This document shows positions 23,868 to 33,483 of a stretch of 64,000 nt of DNA, piece by piece. The notes beneath the pieces were generated by a model. That model was not told the DNA's origin. It saw nothing but the letters and a program-made list of their open reading frames with translations, and made no database searches. The position numbers and the translations under genes were made by a program. Each line of letters starts with the position of its first letter. The stretch's first letter is position 1. The stretch is from the IMG/VR virus record IMGVR_UViG_3300022752_000015, positions 1 through 64,000 of that record; one strand, written 5' to 3'.

Positions 23868-24800
23868 TCACAAATTCTTGCAACACCTGAATCCTTGCTG
23901 GTAAAAGGTATGTCCAGGACCATGATTGCGAGTGGCAGGACGGCATCTTGTTCTAACAGTCCCCCAATACCCTCCTTTGAGAACTGAAGAGTAAGGATAC
24001 TGACTCTTTATCGTTCCGACAGTCCATTCATCTACGGACCCATTCATATCCTCAACGCCGAAAAAAGAGGCACATTGAGGTGCAGACCCGCTGCGGTGGC
24101 CCTGCCACAATCGCTTTAACTCTCGTGAACATTCTTGTGACCCACGCCGGGACAGGAATTTTTGTGAATATCTCTTCCATGGATTGTCCAAGTTACATTC
24201 TTGAGAATTACGTGTATAACCGTAAGGGAAAGGAGTGGCCTCCTCACCTTCGCAGGCAAAGGTCCATTCATCCTCGGCACATAGACGTTTACCGACGGAT
24301 TCACATAACTTTTGAGATTCGCCCCACGTGATCATGACCCATGGGTATGCACCCTTCTTGTTGGGCCATTCGTACTTATCAATGCAGAACGACATCGGTT
24401 TGCGAGGAAAGCGGTTCGATACTTCAAGCCATTTATCACGATCAAAAGACGCGCAACGTTCGGGGTACTTCCTCTCTATCCACTTCGTGCATGTGGTCTT
24501 CTGTAGAGACTCAATAGAGTTGTTGTTCCAACTTCCTAATCCACCATCATCTAACATGGTTCCTGAAACAAGAAGCATGTCTTCAGGACATCCTGAATCT
24601 GAGATGGGTAATGGATTTAAATCGTATGAAATTGCCTCATACGACCACCAGACCTTATTAAAAAAACCTGGAGAGATATGTGTCGATTGGCGGATCGACA
24701 GTATCTCTCCAGAAAGGAGATATGCTATGGCTAGTAGCATATTATTAAGTATACTACTGCTGAGGACACATGTTAAAACATTGCGCGTAACAAACGTCAC
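23868..24800 (-). CDS. FGE-sulfatase (SUMF1/EgtB/PvdO) fold protein, myxobacterial type
   Basis: FCIDKYEWPN, GKRLCAEDEWTFACEG, FPYG, DMNGSVDEW, KGGYW, GFRCC. Confidence 0.85.
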   Translation of the reverse strand: MTFVTRNVLTCVLSSSILNNMLLAIAYLLSGEILSIRQSTHISPGFFNKVWWSYEAISYDLNPLPISDSGCPEDMLLVSGTMLDDGGLGSWNNNSIESLQKTTCTKWIERKYPERCASFDRDKWLEVSNRFPRKPMSFCIDKYEWPNKKGAYPWVMITWGESQKLCESVGKRLCAEDEWTFACEGEEATPFPYGYTRNSQECNLDNPWKRYSQKFLSRRGSQECSRELKRLWQGHRSGSAPQCASFFGVEDMNGSVDEWTVGTIKSQYPYSSVLKGGYWGTVRTRCRPATRNHGPGHTFYQQGFRCCKNL

Positions 24801-25176
24801 AATTGCAAGTTTTTACTTTGCTTGGCGTAAAAAGAGTTTGAATTGATTCATCGCAGGAATTGTAGCAAATTTCCTCAGCATCGTTAATCACGCAAGATTC
24901 GGTGCAATCTTTCCACGCCTTACAACTCATTGATGATAGACAATCTTCATTCTCATCCAAACAAGCTTCTGATGCCGCTCCAAGGCACCACAGACATTCT
25001 TCAGCTGCGATTGATGTACTGTCGTCAGGGGATGCAGGTGGAGGTTCCTCTTGCGGAGAAAGACACTTGTCGTCACCACACTTGCTGTTAGATGGTGGAG
25101 AAGGTGCGACGTCGATGCAAGAGGTAACAAAGAAAACTGAAGCGATTGCTAGAGAAATTGTTTTTGAGAAACGCAT
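24754..25176 (-). CDS. Cys-rich lipoprotein
   Basis: signal peptide with lipobox VTSC; paired Cys repeats. Confidence 0.7.
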   Translation of the reverse strand: MRFSKTISLAIASVFFVTSCIDVAPSPPSNSKCGDDKCLSPQEEPPPASPDDSTSIAAEECLWCLGAASEACLDENEDCLSSMSCKAWKDCTESCVINDAEEICYNSCDESIQTLFTPSKVKTCNCDVCYAQCFNMCPQQ

Positions 25177-25250
25177 AACGATAATTTACTGTAAAATCTT
25201 TGCTTGTTCAACGATTGAACACCTTGCAACAAGTGATGTACATAAATATC

Positions 25251-25751
25251 ATGCATTTGCCGCCGAGGAGCCCATTCGGCTTAATACAAGAAGATCTGTG
25301 GCCAGATAAGTGGAAAATATTGGTTTCTTGCGTTATGTTGAACTGTACGTCTAGGAAGCAAGCAGAAAAAGTTTTACCAGAATTTTTCTCGCGTTGGCCG
25401 GATGCTGCTTCAATTGTGGCTGCAACTGAGGTAGATCTACAGTCAGTGATCTATCCTTTAGGATTTAAAAATAGAAGGTCTTCTTTGCTAAAGAAACTAG
25501 CCTCCAGTTACCTTGAAGAATGGCAAGACGTGCGAAGTCTTCCAGGCATAGGAGAATATGGGTCAAGAGCCTGGGAGATATTCTGCAAGAACGACATAGG
25601 TGACGTGGCACCAAAGGACCACGCTCTGACGAAGTATTGGCATTGGAGAATAAAACATGATCAAAAGAAAAATGATGGAACAACCAGAGAAGACAGAGAA
25701 AAGGGCTCCGAGGCAGAAGAAGGTGAAAGTCGATCTGTCAAAGCTGCCTGA
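25251..25751 (+). CDS. HhH-GPD DNA glycosylase, MBD4-like
   Basis: WKILVSCVMLNCTS, YPLGF, LPGIGEYG, IFC, PKDHALTKY resemble the MBD4 catalytic domain. Confidence 0.8.
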   Translation: MHLPPRSPFGLIQEDLWPDKWKILVSCVMLNCTSRKQAEKVLPEFFSRWPDAASIVAATEVDLQSVIYPLGFKNRRSSLLKKLASSYLEEWQDVRSLPGIGEYGSRAWEIFCKNDIGDVAPKDHALTKYWHWRIKHDQKKNDGTTREDREKGSEAEEGESRSVKAA

Positions 25752-25956
25752 CGCAATCGTCGACGGCAAGTTCGTCGTCCCCGTCAAGGGAAAGGTGTTC
25801 TTTGAGAGAACCTTAAGCGGGACGACCAAAGTCCACGAAGGAACTGTGGTGAAAATTAATGAAAATGGTGTCGTCGATCTATTCGACGACACCGTAGAAC
25901 AATTTTATAGCTTTAGCCTGTATCAGAAGTTGCCAAACATCAAGGCATCTTCTTAA
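25657..25956 (+). CDS. hypothetical protein
   Basis: ORF overlapping the glycosylase 3' end; codon usage like its neighbours. Confidence 0.6.
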   Translation: MIKRKMMEQPEKTEKRAPRQKKVKVDLSKLPDAIVDGKFVVPVKGKVFFERTLSGTTKVHEGTVVKINENGVVDLFDDTVEQFYSFSLYQKLPNIKASS

Positions 25957-26677
25957 AAGATTCTTGACGTAAGAATGATTTTACGACATCTCTGTGTATA
26001 AAAAACGTCAATTGCGGACCGTTCTTGGAAATCCATGAGCAGATTCCGATCAATTGGCCGTTGGAATCAAAAGCTCCACCGCCGCTGTTCCCCATCCACA
26101 CCGGAGCTGATATTTGGACAACCTTAACATCGAATGCCGACGGACCGAACATGCTATCTCGTATGGCAGACACGAATCCGCTTGAATAAGTCCATGGGTA
26201 ACCAGCAGTGTGACCGACAATATGCATAGGATCACCTACCATGATCGGATCTTCACTCAGCTTGGCAACACTGTGATCAGGCAAATCTTCAGGATTCGAG
26301 ATCAGCAGAGCAAGATCAGTTTTTTTGTCGGTTGCTAACAAGAGAGCTTCTCTCAACTTTTTGTCAGCCAAGTCTCCTTGAACTATATACTGAAAATTCG
26401 GCGGTTTTTCGTCCACGCAATGATTCGCTGTCAAAATCAATGTTTTTGATATCCAAACGCCTGCGCAGTTTGGTATAACGAATGGACCGGCACTATCGAC
26501 AAGGGCCACCGTGGAATGCAGCAAGTATTCCACGGTTTTTTGCCTGTCGTTTGCTACGACATTTTTTGGCAATTCTTGAGGTGTAGGCTCTGGTTTTAAT
26601 GGTACAGACCCTCCAGCGCAACACCCGACCACGAATGATAGCAAACTAAACTGTAATAGGCTCCTGAAAGTTTTCAT
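25940..26677 (-). CDS. trypsin-like serine protease, probable lipoprotein
   Basis: TANHC, DLALL and GNSGG catalytic triad motifs; lipobox VVGC. Confidence 0.9.
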   Translation of the reverse strand: MKTFRSLLQFSLLSFVVGCCAGGSVPLKPEPTPQELPKNVVANDRQKTVEYLLHSTVALVDSAGPFVIPNCAGVWISKTLILTANHCVDEKPPNFQYIVQGDLADKKLREALLLATDKKTDLALLISNPEDLPDHSVAKLSEDPIMVGDPMHIVGHTAGYPWTYSSGFVSAIRDSMFGPSAFDVKVVQISAPVWMGNSGGGAFDSNGQLIGICSWISKNGPQLTFFIHRDVVKSFLRQESFKKMP

Positions 26678-26777
26678 CAGGACCTCCTGGCCGGAGGGGC
26701 TGAGCTCCAGCCTTATTAATAGCTATTCATCTGTGATCGCTCATTTTACAAAAATCGTAAAAGAATTTTACGTTACG

Positions 26778-27320
26778 TTACTTTTTTGTAATACCTTTAA
26801 TCACTCCGTCGTACCATTCCTCTACAGATTTTTTCCAAGGCCACATCCACATATATTCAGCAGAAGTGAAGTGTTGAACTACGTCATCTTTTAACGCTTG
26901 CGTAAAAAGAGTGGTGCCATAATACTCATGAGCTGCTATTAGACTTTCTTCGTACGCTTCCTTTTCAAACTTCATTCTGAAGTATGCGAAGACAAAGGGC
27001 AGCGGAAAAAACAAGTAGAGAAAAGAAAATACTATCCTCCCCCAATCTCTAGCTTGACGCATGTGTACCCTTTCATGACGCATCGTTATAGCTTTTGATG
27101 AAGAAGATCTAGAATCCCAAGAGTCAGGAACGTACACCGTTGTTCCAATAGTCGTAATGAAAGAATCCATGAAAGTCGTCATCTTACCGAAAGACACGAA
27201 TTTCAAAAATCTGCCTATTGTCTTCATCAATGAAGACTCTGATTTTTTTAAAATCTTAAAATCTGGAAACTCTTCGCTTATCTGTTTAAGCAGTTCGTCA
27301 TATCCTTCAGTAGAAAGCAT
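26778..27320 (-). CDS. zincin-like (HExxH) protein with membrane segment
   Basis: RHERVHMRQ...FEKEAY; AGGAG SD. Confidence 0.65.
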   Translation of the reverse strand: MLSTEGYDELLKQISEEFPDFKILKKSESSLMKTIGRFLKFVSFGKMTTFMDSFITTIGTTVYVPDSWDSRSSSSKAITMRHERVHMRQARDWGRIVFSFLYLFFPLPFVFAYFRMKFEKEAYEESLIAAHEYYGTTLFTQALKDDVVQHFTSAEYMWMWPWKKSVEEWYDGVIKGITKK

Positions 27321-27390
27321 GATTCTCCTTCTGGTAATTGTCTTACATAATTAAATTGAACTATAGAGAAAATAAGAATAATTTACTAAC

Positions 27391-27687
27391 ATGCTATCCG
27401 CAGGAGACATAGTCATTCCAAATCTTCAGGAAGAAAAGAAGCTATTGCTATGGTCGGATGGTAAGACTCCTATAACAGTCGTGGCAGAAGTAGATCCGGG
27501 TACCATTCTAATGATCATCGAAATACAAGACTTCGATGATACAAACAAGCACAAACTACAACCAGAATGGGAACATAGTTCTTGTTTGTTACTAGGTCCT
27601 CGAGGAGAGGTAGGATGGACAGGAGCTGGTTGGGTCACAAAAATTACCAACGAATTTTTGGGCCGACGACAACCCCATTTGGGATGA
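27391..27687 (+). CDS. KOW/SH3-like protein
   Basis: AGDIV...LMIIEI...EVGW. Confidence 0.65.
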   Translation: MLSAGDIVIPNLQEEKKLLLWSDGKTPITVVAEVDPGTILMIIEIQDFDDTNKHKLQPEWEHSSCLLLGPRGEVGWTGAGWVTKITNEFLGRRQPHLG

Positions 27688-27931
27688 TGGGCACGTCGAA
27701 TCCATCTAACTCGTTGAGTCTAACATCAAAATTCAGGTCAACTATTGACCTGAAACCACCTGTGACTTTCTTTTGCACTTTCAAAGGTACTGATATGTTC
27801 ATCGCGCTATCCTTTATTGCTGCCTTGACAGGCAAAGGATGAACGCGAGTAGGGCTGTTACCTAACTCGATCAATCCGAGAGAGTAACAGCCCTGCAAGA
27901 AAAAAGAAATAATCACAAGAGATTTTTTCAT
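27644..27931 (-). CDS. putative lipoprotein
   Basis: MKKSLVIISFFLQGC lipobox. Confidence 0.55.
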   Translation of the reverse strand: MKKSLVIISFFLQGCYSLGLIELGNSPTRVHPLPVKAAIKDSAMNISVPLKVQKKVTGGFRSIVDLNFDVRLNELDGFDVPIIPNGVVVGPKIRW

Positions 27932-27947
27932 CAAAGCATAGGTATCA

Positions 27948-28772
27948 TCAACCCCACAAACTTTCAAATGGTTTCACAAACTTTTGCCAAGATCCTTCTT
28001 TGGTGATCGAATGAAATCCCATCTCAGTAAAAGCTTCCTTGACGACGTTCCAATCCTGCACAGGCGAGGTAGAAGTCATTTTTGTCGCCTCGGCCTCAGA
28101 CCACGTCTGAAAAGAGATGAGATCGTAATTACGTTGGAATGTCTCAGCCTTGGTTGGATCTAACAAAAATTCGGTCAAAAGCTCCGGATCGCAGGCTAAC
28201 TTCTCCGCCGTCTTGTCACCAACGCCTGGGATACCAGGAATGTTGTCGGATGAATCGCCTCGAAGCGCCTTCCAGGTGACATAAGGATGATCAGGAGAAT
28301 TCACGAAAATCTTTTTGACCGGATTATACAGGGAAATATGCGGGAATTCTTGTAGGGCTTGAATGAAGTCAGTGTCTGTCGACACGACGATCCATGGTAC
28401 TGCAGTGGATGAAGTACGAATGAGATTGTAGATTGTATCATCGGCCTCGGAGGTGGGATGGCGGACGAGGGAGACCGGGAAGTAGGACGAAAGTAGTTGT
28501 ACAATGCGATCCTTCTGCTTGAAGAACTTCATGAGTTCCTCGTGACGGGGATCGGTCTCCTCCACAATTCGATTGGCCTTGTATTCTGTCATCGCAGCAT
28601 GGCGATGGACCGGACGACCTTCAAGCGCCAAGTAAACTCGATTAGGTTTGAATTGATCGACGAGTGCCCTGAACTGACGAAAGAAGTTGTAAATGACAGC
28701 GTGCTCGCCAGCGGTAAATCCACTGCGAGCACGATGGGCTGCGTTCATGAAGTCGATGCAGAGGATGGTCAT
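27948..28772 (-). CDS. 5'-3' exonuclease / flap endonuclease (T4 RNase H / PolI N-terminal family)
   Basis: IDFMN, EADD, STDTDF, GDSSDNIPGIPGVGDKTA. Confidence 0.92.
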   Translation of the reverse strand: MTILCIDFMNAAHRARSGFTAGEHAVIYNFFRQFRALVDQFKPNRVYLALEGRPVHRHAAMTEYKANRIVEETDPRHEELMKFFKQKDRIVQLLSSYFPVSLVRHPTSEADDTIYNLIRTSSTAVPWIVVSTDTDFIQALQEFPHISLYNPVKKIFVNSPDHPYVTWKALRGDSSDNIPGIPGVGDKTAEKLACDPELLTEFLLDPTKAETFQRNYDLISFQTWSEAEATKMTSTSPVQDWNVVKEAFTEMGFHSITKEGSWQKFVKPFESLWG

Positions 28773-28779
28773 GAGGACC

Positions 28780-28808
28780 ATCATACCACGTAAATGATGT
28801 TATTGCAC
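28780..28808 (-). promoter_or_regulatory. sigma70-like promoter GTGCAA-N17-TATGAT, ATG 7 nt downstream
   Basis: same family as the early promoters. Confidence 0.6.
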
Positions 28809-28813
28809 AAAGA

Positions 28814-29296
28814 TCAGGTTCCTAACCTGCCTTGATCTACTTCTTCACGTGAAACAACTTCACCTGTCATCTTGTCTACAATCACCTTTGTCGAGCTGGC
28901 GTACATCGGATCACGCTCATATTTTTCCTGAAAACGTGCTTGACCTTCTACATAAGCTGCATTGTCTTGCATCAATTGCTCGACAGCTTGCTTGACAGTT
29001 TTACTAATTCGTTTCAGGTTTTCAAAAACAGCGGATATTTGTTCAGGTGTATTGCTCTTGTACAAGTCTCCATGAAATTCGTCGTAATTTCCCATTGCAG
29101 AATTGTAAATGTCTTGTAGATCTTTGGGAGTTCCCTTGTAAAACTTGAAAAAACGCATAACGCCGCTTGGGTTATACATCGATTTCTTTAAAGCCAAAAA
29201 TTCTTTGTATGCAGCCATGGAATCGCTTGAACCCGCTGCTGCGCTCTCGACAGTTTCACGAATAATTCTCTTCAGATCTCCTAGACGTATCTTCAT
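28814..29296 (-). CDS. hypothetical protein with N-terminal LKRIIRE helix
   Basis: MKIRLGDLKRIIRETVE. Confidence 0.7.
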   Translation of the reverse strand: MKIRLGDLKRIIRETVESAAAGSSDSMAAYKEFLALKKSMYNPSGVMRFFKFYKGTPKDLQDIYNSAMGNYDEFHGDLYKSNTPEQISAVFENLKRISKTVKQAVEQLMQDNAAYVEGQARFQEKYERDPMYASSTKVIVDKMTGEVVSREEVDQGRLGT

Positions 29297-29324
29297 GTTG
29301 CCTCTTAAACTTGAGTAAATATAA

Positions 29325-30068
29325 TCACGCAAGCAATTGTTCAATAATTTGTGTTGTGTGTTCAGGCCCGGTGGTTTCTATGCACTGAACACCTGTGGTT
29401 TTCACCGCGTAGTCATTTCCTCCTGGGAACAATGCATCTCCAATGAATAACATATCTTCCTTGGCGAAACCTAGGTGTTTCTCGATCTGAGAAATACCGT
29501 ATGCCTTGTCGATACCTTTTCTCGTCACATCAATGGAGGTCGATCCGCCTGCTCTGATGTCGAATTCAGGTATCAGCTGTAACAATTTTTCGATGAGGAT
29601 CAATCTCTTCGAAAAAGTTGGATCCCACTTTTTCTTCTCCGCAACGGGAGCGAGCTGACCCATCGCCGAGAAAGTGACCTGCGTGCCACGGTTCTCGATT
29701 TGATCTCCCCAAAATCTCTTTGGCATGCTAACTCCTGGATCTGCCAAGACTTGTTTGAAAGCTGACATGATCTTTTTTACCTCTACGTCTGTGAGGTCTT
29801 CGCAGTAGACCTGCGACCACTTTTTTCCGTCATGATTGTTGTAGAAACTTGTACCTGATGTCGGGAATAGGTGTAAACGACATGACAGTTCAGAAGTCAA
29901 CCCAAGTTGATTAACTAGTTGCGACTCGAATTGTGGCCATGCACCTCCTGAAATGACAGCAACATCGTAAGAAGCGAGCAAACGCCGCAAGACACCAGAC
30001 ATATCTGATGTTATTCGTGACTTGCTTTCTGCCAACGTACCGTCTAAATCAAAAATGATTATTTTCAT
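29325..30068 (-). CDS. HAD-IIB hydrolase, phosphomannomutase-like
   Basis: DLDGTL, ENRGTQVTFS, GGSTSIDV, FIGDALFPGGND. Confidence 0.85.
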   Translation of the reverse strand: MKIIIFDLDGTLAESKSRITSDMSGVLRRLLASYDVAVISGGAWPQFESQLVNQLGLTSELSCRLHLFPTSGTSFYNNHDGKKWSQVYCEDLTDVEVKKIMSAFKQVLADPGVSMPKRFWGDQIENRGTQVTFSAMGQLAPVAEKKKWDPTFSKRLILIEKLLQLIPEFDIRAGGSTSIDVTRKGIDKAYGISQIEKHLGFAKEDMLFIGDALFPGGNDYAVKTTGVQCIETTGPEHTTQIIEQLLA

Positions 30069-30100
30069 GACGGAATTAAATAGGCGAGAGTTCGCTAAAA

Positions 30101-30682
30101 TCAGCTACGAATGTATTTCTTGATGACATGTCGACCAGTTCTCTCCTGTGGCGGGACAAAGTCCATCTCAAGAAGGTCAAAGAAATCCTGTTCTTCAGGA
30201 ATCCACAGCTGTTCGCCGGTTGGCATCGTCGGCATGCAGTCGGTCATGCGGCCACCACCAGAGAGCTTCTTCCATCTTGAAAAGATTCCAGGAGTGAAGC
30301 CGTTGAAGGAATTGCCGTCAGGACCCGCACCTGAGCCAGTTCGCATGAGAAAAAGTCCACCCCAGTTCTCAGGAGAAGCCATGAAGAGATCAAGGTTCAT
30401 ACCTTCAGCCAAACGAACTCGTAGGTATTTTGCGGCTGGTTTAGGAGACCATGGAACAACACCTGGCACGCCTGGTTTGATGTGTTGACCCACATCTGAT
30501 AACAAAGAAAGCAAAAGATCTCGTTGCGTAGAGACCGCCACGATCTCGATGTCGCCTACAACTTCTTTTTGGCGACGGATCGATCCTGCGATCTCGCCTC
30601 GATCAAGTGAAGGCATGACGTGATTCAGTACGGAACTTGCGATGGTGTTTGCTTCAAGCAGGTCGATCTTGCCGATACCCAT
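30101..30682 (-). CDS. minimal X-family DNA polymerase (palm and thumb only)
   Basis: AGSIRR...GDIEIV, DLF, RTGS, EEQDFF...PPQER. Confidence 0.8.
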   Translation of the reverse strand: MGIGKIDLLEANTIASSVLNHVMPSLDRGEIAGSIRRQKEVVGDIEIVAVSTQRDLLLSLLSDVGQHIKPGVPGVVPWSPKPAAKYLRVRLAEGMNLDLFMASPENWGGLFLMRTGSGAGPDGNSFNGFTPGIFSRWKKLSGGGRMTDCMPTMPTGEQLWIPEEQDFFDLLEMDFVPPQERTGRHVIKKYIRS

Positions 30683-30694
30683 ACCAACATGGTA

Positions 30695-30886
30695 TCAAAG
30701 GATCTTTACGATTTGCACAGAAGATTCTTCTTGCGAATTTTCTGTAAGATTCTTTTTAGAATATGGACAATTACGACAGCGAGAGTTGCAACAGTAGCCA
30801 CGTTTCAAAAGAAATTCTTTCGTAAAAACCATCTTGTTGCTTTCCATGACGTAATCTACGCCTTCAACAAGACTTATCTTGGTCAA
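30695..30886 (-). CDS. DUF5522-like small Cys protein
   Basis: KMVFTKEFLLKRGYCCNSRCRNCPY. Confidence 0.75.
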   Translation of the reverse strand: MTKISLVEGVDYVMESNKMVFTKEFLLKRGYCCNSRCRNCPYSKKNLTENSQEESSVQIVKIL

Positions 30887-31143
30887 CGTTTGATCCTCTT
30901 CGTAGGAATGGTTCGATAAGCAGCAAGTGGAACCATCTTTAACGCTTTGATAGACATCTCAGCCGTTGCAAACCATTCGTCAAGAGATTCTTGATCGGAT
31001 ATTTCTCCTGAGGCGACTTTTTGAGAGATCAAATCTTGAAGAGACTGTCTCACTTCTTCCTTTTTCATATAAGAAGCCGAAGCGGCTACTCTTGATTCCA
31101 TAATAAAATCGAAAATTAACCGCTTCAGCTTATTCTTTGTCAT
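30883..31143 (-). CDS. hypothetical protein with N-terminal LKRLI helix
   Basis: MTKNKLKRLIFDFIME. Confidence 0.65.
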   Translation of the reverse strand: MTKNKLKRLIFDFIMESRVAASASYMKKEEVRQSLQDLISQKVASGEISDQESLDEWFATAEMSIKALKMVPLAAYRTIPTKRIKR

Positions 31144-31152
31144 AAGTTTTGA

Positions 31153-31404
31153 CTAATATCTATCAATCAAATTATTAGATACCTTTGCTAATATTTGAAT
31201 TAAATCTTCAACTTCTGTTATCGTGGCATTTATTTTTGTCTCAGCAGCAATAACAGAAAGAGGGACCATGCCATTTTGACCTAATCCCTTCATTCTCCAA
31301 TTAGATAAGGTGCCAGCAATAATCTCAAGGTCGCCCTTGATATTAAATAACATAACACCTAGTTCGTTCGGTGTCAGGTCGCGCATAACTACGCCTCCTG
31401 ACAA
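31153..31404 (-). CDS. hypothetical protein
   Basis: ORF in the minus-strand run. Confidence 0.55.
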   Translation of the reverse strand: MSGGVVMRDLTPNELGVMLFNIKGDLEIIAGTLSNWRMKGLGQNGMVPLSVIAAETKINATITEVEDLIQILAKVSNNLIDRY

Positions 31405-31431
31405 TAAATAAAAATTTAACTGAGATTTTTT

Positions 31432-32676
31432 TTAAAATTGTTCTTCTTCGGTAGAACCATGCAACGCCAAAGTTGAAGAATTGCCGGCGGAGATAACCTG
31501 AGACACAGCATCGAAATAACCCGTCCCAACCTCTCGTTGGTGCTTCGTGGCCGTGTAGCCGATTTTTTCTGCATCAAATTCTGCCTGTTGTAGTTTTGAA
31601 TAAGCCGCCATGCCATGATCCTTATATCCATGAGCTAATTGATACATAGAATGGTTGAGGGTATGAAATCCTGCCAAGGTAACAAACTGAAACTTATAGC
31701 CCATGGCTCCTAGCTCTCTTTGAAACTTGGCGATAGTCAAGTCGTCCAGATTCTTCTTCCAGTTAAAAGAAGGTGAACAGTTGTAAGCGAGAGGTTTTCC
31801 TGGAAATTTCGCGTGGATAGCTTCGGCAAATCGTTTTGCTTGATCAAGATCAGGAGTCGATGTCTCCATCCAAAGTAAATCGGCATATGGAGCATACGCT
31901 AGTCCACGGGCGACTGACCTCTCAAGTCCTGTTCTACACAGATAATGAAAACCCTCTGGAGTTCTTTCTTTCGTCGCTTCGATATAATTGCGATCGTAAG
32001 GATCAACATCGCTGGTGATAAGATTTGCAGAATCAGCGTCTGTCCTGGCAATGATCACCGTGGGAACACCCATAACGTCTGCAGCGAGGCGGGCTGCCGT
32101 GAGAGTTCTTACGAATTGCGAAGTTGGAACAAGAACTTTGCCGCCCATGTGACCGCATTTCTTTTCAGAAGCTAACTGATCTTCAAAATGAACTCCAGCT
32201 GCACCAGCTTCAATCATGGCTTTAGTAAGTTCAAAAACGTTTAGAGGACCTCCAAATCCTGCCTCGGCGTCGGCAACAATCGGAGCAAACCAATCAGTTC
32301 CTGATTTGCCTTCGGAGTTATCAATTTGATCGGCTCTCTGCAAGGCATTATTGATTCTGCGAACAACGGTCGGGACGCTGTTGACAGGATAAAGGCTTTG
32401 GTCAGGATACATTTCTCCTGAAAGATTGGCATCAGCAGCAACTTGCCAGCCAGAAAGATAAATAGCTTTAAGTCCAGCCTTGACTTGTTGCATGGCTTGA
32501 TTACCTGTTAAAGCTCCGAGTGCAGCAACATAAGGTTCAGTATGGAGAAGCCTCCATAGTTTTTGAGAACCAACATTAGCTAGTGTGTGTTCGATTTTTA
32601 ATGAGCCTTGAAGCTTTCTAACATCTGCTTCTGAATAATTTCGAATGATTCCATCGAATCTTGCTTCCATTATCAT
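31432..32676 (-). CDS. aceA: isocitrate lyase
   Basis: [58 protein letters not shown]. Confidence 0.97.
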   Translation of the reverse strand: MIMEARFDGIIRNYSEADVRKLQGSLKIEHTLANVGSQKLWRLLHTEPYVAALGALTGNQAMQQVKAGLKAIYLSGWQVAADANLSGEMYPDQSLYPVNSVPTVVRRINNALQRADQIDNSEGKSGTDWFAPIVADAEAGFGGPLNVFELTKAMIEAGAAGVHFEDQLASEKKCGHMGGKVLVPTSQFVRTLTAARLAADVMGVPTVIIARTDADSANLITSDVDPYDRNYIEATKERTPEGFHYLCRTGLERSVARGLAYAPYADLLWMETSTPDLDQAKRFAEAIHAKFPGKPLAYNCSPSFNWKKNLDDLTIAKFQRELGAMGYKFQFVTLAGFHTLNHSMYQLAHGYKDHGMAAYSKLQQAEFDAEKIGYTATKHQREVGTGYFDAVSQVISAGNSSTLALHGSTEEEQF

Positions 32677-32681
32677 TTCCT

Positions 32682-33101
32682 TTATTCTTCGTTTACGTTG
32701 TTGGATAATTTCAAATTTGCAACTTTTCCATCAGGAAGAACCACCACAGCTTTTTCTTCTCGCTGCTGCAACGGATCAATTATAGGAGAATGAACTTCAG
32801 AACGTGGATACCACTCTTCGGCCTTTAAAGCAGAAGAATCTATGATGTTATTCACGGTATTCATCACACGATGAGTGAGATCTCTACGTAAGTCTTCTAT
32901 GTCTTCATAGAGCTCTCCGTCAACATCAGATAAAGAAATTGTTCTTGCGTTTTTCCCAACCTTCGCAATATACGAAATGGATTCTCCTGAGACTGTTCTT
33001 TTTATTATCTCTTCTACAATTTGTAGAGGATAAATTTTCGTTTCTTTGTTGGTTAAGACGTAAAGAATCTGCCCAACTCTATAAGAACGTGATGTCATCA
33101 T
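32682..33101 (-). CDS. hypothetical protein with KOW-like N-terminus
   Basis: YRVGQILYV. Confidence 0.65.
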   Translation of the reverse strand: MMTSRSYRVGQILYVLTNKETKIYPLQIVEEIIKRTVSGESISYIAKVGKNARTISLSDVDGELYEDIEDLRRDLTHRVMNTVNNIIDSSALKAEEWYPRSEVHSPIIDPLQQREEKAVVVLPDGKVANLKLSNNVNEE

Positions 33102-33111
33102 TCCCTCTTAG

Positions 33112-33483
33112 CTACTCATCATCTGCATCGTCTTCTGAATCAGGTGCTGGTTCAGAGGATTGATCGTAATCAGAAGCAACTTCAAAGACTCCTAACTCAG
33201 GAGGAGCTGTCACAGTGATTATAAAGTCTGGAGATTCTTCTTCCAGTGGAACACTGCCTTCTTTACAAAGATTCACAATTTTATTCCACAGCTTCGTTTC
33301 TACGATTTGCCTTCCTTGCCCAATCGCAAGAGATTGGCTCACTGTTGTTTTTAAATCAACAGGCAAAGAAATACTAAAAAGATCCCTTAGATGGATCAGC
33401 TCAGCAAGCGATAATTTTAAGGTAAAAGTCTTTTTTGGTTTCAGCAAAGCTTCTCTAGAGTTATCCATTGTTTTTTCCTTCAA
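33112..33483 (-). CDS. hypothetical protein
   Basis: ORF with acidic tail. Confidence 0.65.
   Translation of the reverse strand: MKEKTMDNSREALLKPKKTFTLKLSLAELIHLRDLFSISLPVDLKTTVSQSLAIGQGRQIVETKLWNKIVNLCKEGSVPLEEESPDFIITVTAPPELGVFEVASDYDQSSEPAPDSEDDADDE

Noticed and set aside
25251-30682. Eukaryotic giant-virus origin suggested by MBD4-like, PMM-like and minimal PolX genes
   Set aside because: DnaE, the peptidoglycan lysozyme, SD sequences, sigma70 promoters and translational coupling indicate a bacteriophage.
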